A stretch of 64,000 nt of DNA, taken from IMG/VR virus record IMGVR_UViG_2939121850_000001; one strand, written 5' to 3'. The position numbers and the translations under genes are program-made. Positions within the stretch are counted from its first letter, which is position 1; each line of letters starts with the position of its first letter. This document shows, piece by piece, positions 57,191-64,000 of this stretch. The notes beneath the pieces were generated by a model, which did not search any database, was not told where the DNA came from, and saw nothing but the letters and a program-made list of their open reading frames with translations. Source of the stretch: a virus. Lineage: Duplodnaviria > Heunggongvirae > Uroviricota > Caudoviricetes.

Positions 57191-60100
57191 ATTCCTAAGA
57201 TGTCATGAGCAACACCTCGAGTGTCCCCCTTACAAGACACAGAACGTCTGGCAAAAAGAGGTTCCACTCTGAAGCCATTGTCATGATAAAGCTCTCTGAT
57301 GTTTGGCGCGCCACTGTTAGTAATGAGAACCTTTGCACCTCGGCGATGAGCATCCGTCAACAGAGACACCAGGCGTTTTTGCTCTTCAAACTTAAAGTCA
57401 TGACCGGAATAGTTCGTGAATCCCTCTGTATTTGGAAGCGGTTCATATGGCGGATCGCAAAAAATGACATCTCCTTCTCCGGCAGCTTCAATCACCGCAG
57501 CAAAATCACCACATACAAACTCAGAACGACCTTCCGCACCGAGGAAGGCTTCCATCTCCTGTAATGGGAAATACGGAGTTTTATACTTCCCATAACCGAC
57601 ATTGAACTCACCGGCCTGGTTGTAACGCGTCAATCCGTTAAAACAATGTCGGTTCAGGAACAAAAACGCCGCTGCGCGATGTAAATCATCATAGACTTGT
57701 TTGTTAAACGCATTCCGTACTGCCAGGAATCCCTCCTGGGTGTTGTAGTCCAAGAAGAAACGATGTGCCAGAGTGATAAGTGAATGCGCCTCGCGTTGCA
57801 GAGTCTTGTAAAAGTTAATCAGGTCAGCATTCACATCATTTAGCAGATTTTCCTGGTATCCGGCATTCATGAAGACAGCTCCACCACCGACGAAAGGTTC
57901 AATCAGGCGCTTCCCTTCTGGCAAATAGCGAAAGATTTGTTCCAGAACACCAAATTTTCCACCAGCCCATTTGAATATGGACCGTTCGAATTCTGCCGCT
58001 GGTTTAACTTTTCGCTCTTTTGTTTCACGCCCTTCATTCTGCCGACATGCAGCCTTGGTTATCCGCTCGCCAATCCAGCGCATTACTGGTATCGCCATAC
58101 TATTGCCGATCGCTTTGTAACGCGGTCCGTCAGCTGCAAGCATTGCGGCCTCTTCTTCGCTTAAATCTGGATAGTGATTGTGCAGATATGCCAGTTCATC
58201 TGAATTAACTTTTTTACGCTTTTCCGTAGGGATCAACGTATGCCAATCAGGAAAACCTTGCAGCCTTTCACATTCGACAGGGGTAAGACGGCGCATTCTA
58301 CCGTCGCCGAGCAATACAATTGGTGCTTCATGGTTACATGTCAAAGTTGGTGCCGAATTATCGGTTTTTATCTCAGCCCCTCCTTGCCCATGTGCCATGG
58401 CAATTATGTTTGTATCATCGCAAGTTCTGATAGCGATGTTTGAAGTATATCTGGTAGTTTCCTTCCCCTCGCCTCTGCTCGGCGCAATATTCCGGCGCAC
58501 GCCTTCGAACTCAAAAAGTACCGTTGCGGGATCGAGGTCTGTTCGAGCACTTGCGACAACAAACACGCGTCGGCGTCGTTGTGCCACTCCGAAGTATTGG
58601 GCATCAAGGATTCTCCAGGCCACTTTTCGCTGCGGTCCATAAATACAACCACACTGCGGCCACTTTGGAACATGGCAACCGGTTTTGCCATCCCACCGCC
58701 AGAACGCGTTGCTTTTTCCTGATTCAGGTCGATCACCTGGTTCAAATGGCACATCTTCTCCAGCCAATCCGGCAAGGAAACATCCGAAGGCGTTATCTGC
58801 CGATGACAAGACTCCTGGGACATTTTCCCAGACGATAACGGCTGGTTTGAGAAATGACTCAGCCCGTTTGTCGTCAATTGCATTTGCAAGCTCCACATAC
58901 TTTAAAGTTAGCGCGCCACGCTCATCATCAAGCCCACCACGTAATCCCGCGATACTGAATGCCTGACAGTTATGGACCACCGCACCATTGAGGATATAGG
59001 AATGATCACCTTCGACTTCTATGTTGTATACAGTATCTAGGCCTACCGATTTAAACTCTTTGACTGTTCGTAAAAGCATTCCATGAGCCAATCTTGATTT
59101 ACGTGACAATTTCTGCGGGCAGATTGTTACCTGATAATAATTCCGTTGATTTACCACGCGATCCTCGATCACTTTTTTGGGCTCAACTTCAATAAAGCTG
59201 ACCGAAGAAACATAACCACAAGTCTGTGACAACCCCGCAACGCCCCAAGCAAGCGCAGGACTAACACTATTAATTCTAAATCCCGCTTTACCACTTGGTG
59301 TCCCATCAGTATCAAGATAGCCTTGTAAAAACACATGACGCAATGGATGCGACATCACCCATGCAGGGATACGCTTAGCATGGCTTAACTCGCCAAAATG
59401 TTCATTAAGCCAATTGGCATAACACGTATCATTCAAGGTTACTTTGATGCTCCCTCGGATTTCGCTTGCCACGGAAAATATGTTTTCTGGTATGCGGCAA
59501 TGAAACTTTCTCAATTTCTGGCAATTTATGCCAAAAACAACCGCCTTCTTAGATTTACCTCTCCATCTCCTAATATATCCATCGCCAACATAAGCGCCCG
59601 CAAGATACATAGCCTGTTCTTCAGACAAGAACCGAGAACAAATATCTGGAGATGCAATATTGAAATTAGTTAGAGCGCACCATTGATATCCCGGCATATC
59701 ACATGCTGCTCGCCATTCCGGTTCAGACAACAACTCTCTCTTAAAATATGTGCCATTTTTCCGGGTGTTTTGGGCTTTCCACCGAACAGCCAGGAAGGGA
59801 TGGTCATTGGTTGTTCTTATACCTAAAGGCTGCCCAACGGCATTAAGTAACCCCGTATTAGCTATTTTTGAACCAACTCTTTTTACTTGTTGTAACCGCC
59901 CGAGATGACTGACTACGTAATCGCCAGGGCAAACATCTTCTATTGGTTTATAGCCATTTTTACAAAGAACCATATGCCCCGCGGTAAAACATGGTGTTCC
60001 CCCGACGAGCACGTCAGGGGATTCGATTTCCCCAGCCAAGACTTTTTTGGCAAGTTTTGTCATGTCGCCAAGGTTGACAACATGGGGCCAGCGGAGCGCA

Positions 60101-60222
60101 AGAACGGCCGATGGAAAAGGCTCGATTTCAGCAAACCACGCCGGACGCATACCCAACGGTTCCCAGGCAATACTCGCGGCTTCAATTCCACTGCAAACAG
60201 ATCCATAGCACAGCTCTTTCAC
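57181..60222 (-). CDS. dmt: bifunctional DNA methyltransferase Dmt (N-terminal C5-cytosine MTase + C-terminal Dam-like N6-adenine MTase) with an in-frame intein
   Basis: C5-MTase motifs ENV and QRRRRVF, catalytic PC-QAFSIAG split by insert; Dam motifs FKWAGGK and FCDPPYEP. Confidence 0.85.
58969..59991 (-). other. intein (341 aa) with LAGLIDADG homing endonuclease domain, inserted at the C5-MTase PCQ catalytic motif
   Basis: Starts CFTAGHMV, block [17 protein letters not shown]-like [12 protein letters not shown] and [10 protein letters not shown], ends ILNGAVVHN followed by +1 Cys. Confidence 0.85.
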
Positions 60223-61124
60223 TGCTTAGCCTCTCCGCCAAGGGCATTTACCAGAGCATCAACCAGGCACGAAATTTCACTGGTCAACAGGAAGAAATCT
60301 GCGTCCAGTCGCTGCGCAACATCTTCACTATCAATATCAGAGTTCTGCTCAAGCAATTCATCCGCAAATTTGACGCTGGTAAGGCTGAAGTTATGGTCCA
60401 GTGTAAATTTAATGCGGTTCTGCCAGTCGAGTGCCAACTTAGTGACGAGCTTGCCAGCTTCCAGGTGTGTGGAAATTTCATCGCTTCCCAAATCCTGCTT
60501 TTTCACTCGGGCAATACCGCCATCCTCAAGCACTGCCTTAAGTTCTGCCGCATCCCCCATTTGAAATCCCTGTGGAGCACTACCATCACGTACCCAGTCG
60601 GTCAGCGTTAATTCAATGGGATTTTCAACACTTAGGGGAACAACAGGAAGAGAACCCAGAGACTTACGCATAAGTGCGAGCATATCCTCTGCCTGCCGCG
60701 CGCTGGCATTGATATAGATACGTTTAGTTGAACCATCGTAGATCGCCTGGATAACAGAAAACTTTGAAAAAGCCCGTGGCAGAAGAGCATGCAGAACTTC
60801 GTCTTTCAGGGAATCCTTCTCTGTTTTCTTCAGTTTACGCGTTTGTTCTTGCTCTAGTTTTTCAATTTTTTCTTGAATAGCTCGCTGGATAACCGGCGGG
60901 GGAAGAATTTTTGTTTCGCGCTTTGCTTCAACAAGGATAAAACCATTTCCATGCATAGCGATAACTTCGGAATTATCACCAAATGGAGATACAAAACCGA
61001 ACTTGGCCATATCCTGACTACCGCATGGCGTGAAAAGGATCATTTTCTTTTTATCTTCTAAGTCGGTCAGATCCGCCTCACGAGAAAGTTTATAAATAGT
61101 AATGTTTTTCCAGTGCTTAAACAT
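60219..61124 (-). CDS. hrdC: RdgC-like recombination-associated protein (HrdC)
   Basis: Starts [16 protein letters not shown], resembling the RdgC N-terminus; about 301 aa; overlaps dmt start. Confidence 0.6.
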   Translation of the reverse strand: MFKHWKNITIYKLSREADLTDLEDKKKMILFTPCGSQDMAKFGFVSPFGDNSEVIAMHGNGFILVEAKRETKILPPPVIQRAIQEKIEKLEQEQTRKLKKTEKDSLKDEVLHALLPRAFSKFSVIQAIYDGSTKRIYINASARQAEDMLALMRKSLGSLPVVPLSVENPIELTLTDWVRDGSAPQGFQMGDAAELKAVLEDGGIARVKKQDLGSDEISTHLEAGKLVTKLALDWQNRIKFTLDHNFSLTSVKFADELLEQNSDIDSEDVAQRLDADFFLLTSEISCLVDALVNALGGEAKQ

Positions 61125-61473
61125 GTTGTAACCCTTGAATATCAACCACAGAAAGCTCGTCTTTGTAGAAAAAGGCCAGGTTGTGGCACCCCCTCGTTTG
61201 AGCGTATGAGCTGGGACCAATTTCGTTCTTCCAGACAAATGGCCTTAAATCCGTACGGCGAAGCATAAAAACGCGATTTGTTCCGCTCTGATTCCCAATG
61301 AGGCAAAAGCCTTCTTTCACCTTGATAGCCTGCAAGTTGTCGAGTTCACCGCTGGTTACACGGCTATCGAACTCCTTGCGGCTTATTAGCTCCATCTGCA
61401 TCTGACGACTCCAAACAAATGCCCATTGAAGGGCGATGGCTGAATGGTACCGAAAACACGACATAAAAAACAA
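61117..61473 (-). CDS. upl: Upl-like hypothetical protein (118 aa)
   Basis: First ORF after C1 operator at 61473; named by synteny. Confidence 0.4.
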   Translation of the reverse strand: MFFMSCFRYHSAIALQWAFVWSRQMQMELISRKEFDSRVTSGELDNLQAIKVKEGFCLIGNQSGTNRVFMLRRTDLRPFVWKNEIGPSSYAQTRGCHNLAFFYKDELSVVDIQGLQHV

Positions 61474-61489
61474 TATTTATTAGAGCAAT
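61473..61489 (-). promoter_or_regulatory. C1 operator (16/17) heading the upl-hrdC-dmt operon
   Basis: atatttattagagcaat. Confidence 0.7.
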
Positions 61490-61569
61490 TATACAATGGT
61501 TAACGCCATGTATACCACAAATAACCTAAGTTAAAATAACGAAAACCAGAGCAAATCATTGGTGATGAC

Positions 61570-61854
61570 GTGGCAAGTATTGCAACAAAAGACAGCATTT
61601 GTTCGGGGCACGGAGGATTCCCATCCAGGCCTCCTGTAGAGAGTGAACCACTACTTAAAGTCAACGGAGTCGAAGTGTTAGTTGATGGTAAGCAATATGC
61701 ACAGCATACCGATGGAAACAGTACGCACGGTGGGCAAGCTATATCAACCAGGGCATGGTTTACCGTCAATGGTAAAGGGATCGTATGCGTTGGTGACCCT
61801 GTTTCATGCGGATCTACCGTAGCGTCCGGAGACGGCCTGGTTCAGGTAAGTTAG
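61570..61854 (+). CDS. PAAR-like domain protein (94 aa)
   Basis: CSGHGG ... VCVGDPVSCGS. Confidence 0.45.
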   Translation: MASIATKDSICSGHGGFPSRPPVESEPLLKVNGVEVLVDGKQYAQHTDGNSTHGGQAISTRAWFTVNGKGIVCVGDPVSCGSTVASGDGLVQVS

Positions 61855-61862
61855 GAGATATC

Positions 61863-62651
61863 ATGCTGGAAAAAGACTACCAGTTATCCGCATATAAAAA
61901 ATTGGCCGCCGCCGGTGGGATGAAAACACCTGGTGCCATAACATCGGCACGAAACAGTGCTAACACAGCAAAACTGCTTGCAGAAGAATTGACCGGATTA
62001 ATTCTGGATACAATTGTCTATCCCGACACTATTACCAGCTATGTTTCAACGATCAGAACAACCACAACCGGCTTAACGAACATTGGAGAACTGGCAACTA
62101 AGCACGCGGACCTGTTGGCTGGTTATGCAGATCTGTCAATGCTGCTTCAACTCGATATTGGTTGGGATGTTTACTGCCGTGCTAATGAGCGAGAAGTTTC
62201 AGAACTGCCGATCTCTATTGCCATTGGTGATGTGAATATTACTAAATCGCTTGAGGACGCTGTTAACGCGCTTAATACATCAAGTTTAGTCGCTGCTATG
62301 GGAGATATTAACCAGACCCTTAACACTGGCTCAGGAAACTCGTCAGGCTCTGATTCAGGCGGAGGTACTGCCACTCCCCCACCAGCACTAACAGAAAAGC
62401 AAATTGAAGCACTGAAAGTAGCAACTGAACAGTTTGGGGGAGTTTTCAACCAAACAACAGCGCCCACAGTTGCATTGCAACAGCAGTATGAACAGGCGAA
62501 GGAAAGCGCCAGCGTAGCCATAACTGCTTATAACCATGCTATCGGAACCGCGCTGGCGGAAGCATCAGCAAATAAGGCCAGCACCGCCAGTGCAGTCGCA
62601 GCTTTGGTTCCTGATTCTGTTCTTGATGAATTAAACAAGGCGACACTTTAA
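61863..62651 (+). CDS. hypothetical protein with Ser/Gly/Thr-rich region
   Basis: Start at MLEKDY with RBS ggag. Confidence 0.45.
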   Translation: MLEKDYQLSAYKKLAAAGGMKTPGAITSARNSANTAKLLAEELTGLILDTIVYPDTITSYVSTIRTTTTGLTNIGELATKHADLLAGYADLSMLLQLDIGWDVYCRANEREVSELPISIAIGDVNITKSLEDAVNALNTSSLVAAMGDINQTLNTGSGNSSGSDSGGGTATPPPALTEKQIEALKVATEQFGGVFNQTTAPTVALQQQYEQAKESASVAITAYNHAIGTALAEASANKASTASAVAALVPDSVLDELNKATL

Positions 62652-62690
62652 CAAAGGACTTCACAGATAATTTTTCTTCAGGAGGAAGAA

Positions 62691-63113
62691 ATGTCGTTTT
62701 TTTCAACGTTAAAAACAGCTTTGTCTTTGAAGGAGAAACTTGCTGTTACTGGTGTTCTTGTCCTGATTTGCGCACTTGTTGGTGCTGGGTTTGCATGGGA
62801 ACGTTATCAGTTAAAGCAAGCCTTGGAAAAAATTGGCAGCCTTGATCAGGCTGTTAAGGAGCGCGATAAGTCAATCATTGATCTTAACCAGACCATTGAG
62901 ACGATGAATAAAGCGGATCAACATTTTCACAGCCAGGAAGTGAAAAATGAATCAGAACAAGCGAAGTATGCAGACAGACAAATGGAACGAAAAGCTGAAG
63001 TTCAGAAACAACTGGTTGCGTCGGGTAGTGTTCGCCAGCGCATTCCTGTTGACACTCAGCGGTTGCTCCGGGAGTCGATCAGCGAATTTAACGCCGACGC
63101 CGACAAAGGTTAA
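62691..63113 (+). CDS. putative i-spanin (N-terminal TM helix + coiled coil), 140 aa
   Basis: TM segment LAVTGVLVLICALVGAGFAW followed by charged coiled coil. Confidence 0.5.
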   Translation: MSFFSTLKTALSLKEKLAVTGVLVLICALVGAGFAWERYQLKQALEKIGSLDQAVKERDKSIIDLNQTIETMNKADQHFHSQEVKNESEQAKYADRQMERKAEVQKQLVASGSVRQRIPVDTQRLLRESISEFNADADKG

Positions 63114-63279
63114 TCACCCTGCCCCCAAAAGTGCGTTTATGTGCAGGATGCCAGAGTTTAGCAGTGAATATTTTGATGATCTGCCAGCCTATATCCTTGA
63201 TACAGAAACGATGCTGATGGGGATTAACAGGAAGAATCGCAACGTTAATGATTACAACCGCGCTATCAGCGGTAACTAA
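62947..63279 (+). CDS. putative o-spanin lipoprotein, overlapping the i-spanin gene out of frame
   Basis: Signal peptide with lipobox LSGC; Pro-rich mature region. Confidence 0.45.
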   Translation: MNQNKRSMQTDKWNEKLKFRNNWLRRVVFASAFLLTLSGCSGSRSANLTPTPTKVNHPAPKSAFMCRMPEFSSEYFDDLPAYILDTETMLMGINRKNRNVNDYNRAISGN

Positions 63280-63290
63280 AAGGGATTTTT

Positions 63291-63683
63291 ATGTCTGATA
63301 AAGTAACAGTAAAGCAAACTATCAACAAAGCGACTTCAATCTACAAAATTGAGCACATCACTGTTGGCAAGCCAGGATCTGAACAATACCGTCATGCTTT
63401 CGAGCTTGCCGATCAGCTTGGTTTAAAACACCCGGATTGCATCGAGCATGTATTTCCGACTTATGCTGATGAGCAATGCACTCATGTTCTTACCGAAGAG
63501 GATTTTTTCAGCACTGAAGAACGAGAAGGCGTTGATCGCTGCATTGGTGTGATTTGTTCTTCGGTAAGTGATGAGTTATTCCCTAATGTGCCTGAATATG
63601 GTGGTATTGGATACCAGTTCCTGTATGAAGGCGATGAGCTTAAATGCTATGAACATGGTCTTCTTATCGAAAGCGTAGAATAA
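63291..63683 (+). CDS. hypothetical protein (130 aa)
   Basis: ORF with RBS; followed by terminator. Confidence 0.45.
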   Translation: MSDKVTVKQTINKATSIYKIEHITVGKPGSEQYRHAFELADQLGLKHPDCIEHVFPTYADEQCTHVLTEEDFFSTEEREGVDRCIGVICSSVSDELFPNVPEYGGIGYQFLYEGDELKCYEHGLLIESVE

Positions 63684-63695
63684 TACCCTTCCTTC

Positions 63696-63720
63696 CAACC
63701 GGCTATGTTGGCCGGTTTTT
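63696..63720 (+). terminator. rho-independent terminator
   Basis: aaccggc tatgttg gccggtt + TTTTT. Confidence 0.7.
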
Positions 63721-63723
63721 CAC

Positions 63724-63944
63724 TTATCCACATTATCCACTGGGTAGATCCAATAATTAGGTCCATACAGATCCCAATTAGATCCATATAGATCCCTGAT
63801 CGTTGCAGGCCGCGCCACGTCTGGCTTAGAAGTGTATCGCGATGTGTGCTGGAGGGAAACCGATGTGTGCTGGAGGGATAAAAATGTGTGCTGACGGGTT
63901 GCTAATGTGTGCTGGCGGGATATAGGATGTGTGCTGACGGGAAA
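63724..63944. repeat. plasmid replication origin oriR/incC: DnaA boxes, GATC heptamers, five 19-bp RepA iterons
   Basis: TTATCCACA x2 (63724-63742); AGATCC(C/A) repeats 63765-63800; five iterons (G/A)ATGTGTGCTG(G/A)(A/C)GGGA at about 21-bp spacing (63841-63944). Confidence 0.85.
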
Positions 63945-64000
63945 GCCTGGGTAGTTATCACCTCTTATAAAAACTATCCACATAATTCGGAAAAAGTAAT

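Noticed and set aside
57181-60222. Alternative reading of the dmt insert as an extra native domain or a gene fusion
   Set aside because: The insert sits exactly inside the PCQ catalytic motif, starts with Cys and ends with His-Asn before a Cys, and carries LAGLIDADG blocks; an intein explains all of these.
63841-63944. Short direct repeats that could be read as a CRISPR array
   Set aside because: Repeats are 19 bp with only 2-4 bp between them and no spacers; they are plasmid iterons.
63720-63983. 87-aa minus-strand ORF
   Set aside because: Lies entirely across the DnaA boxes and RepA iterons of oriR; the periodicity is from repeats, not codons.

Overview
This 64 kb window is a phage P1-like (Punavirus-type) plasmid-prophage segment, running in reverse orientation to the usual P1 map and crossing the loxP/cre - immC junction. 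Recognisable backbone, in window order: dar operon end (darA fragment, ddrA, ddrB), ssb, SAR-endolysin lyz, pro, prt, darB, ulx, lxc, mat, ref, cra, cre, loxP, coi, c1, pacB, pacA (with pac site), lpa, pdcB, pdcA, doc, phd, humD (LexA box), hot, a long minus-strand block of accessory genes (phosphatase, HAD, VRR-NUC and others), a plus-strand putative virion block, dbn, ban, three tRNAs with a TerB-like gene, dmt, hrdC, upl, a plus-strand block with a spanin pair, and the oriR/incC iterons at the window edge. About 17 copies of the C1 operator motif (consensus ATTGCTCTAATAAATTT) are scattered in the intergenic regions. Differences from P1 as I recall it (from memory, not searched): (1) the res-mod slot between lxc and mat holds a single AT-rich gene for a SIR2-like protein, a candidate defence gene; (2) dmt carries a 341-aa LAGLIDADG intein in its C5-methyltransferase catalytic motif; (3) an operator - small RNA-like leader - icd-like - antirepressor-like module sits between c1 and pacB and is split by IS10; (4) darB is split by a Tn3-family IS; (5) no IS1 is present. 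All protein identities are from motif reading and synteny; no database search was run.
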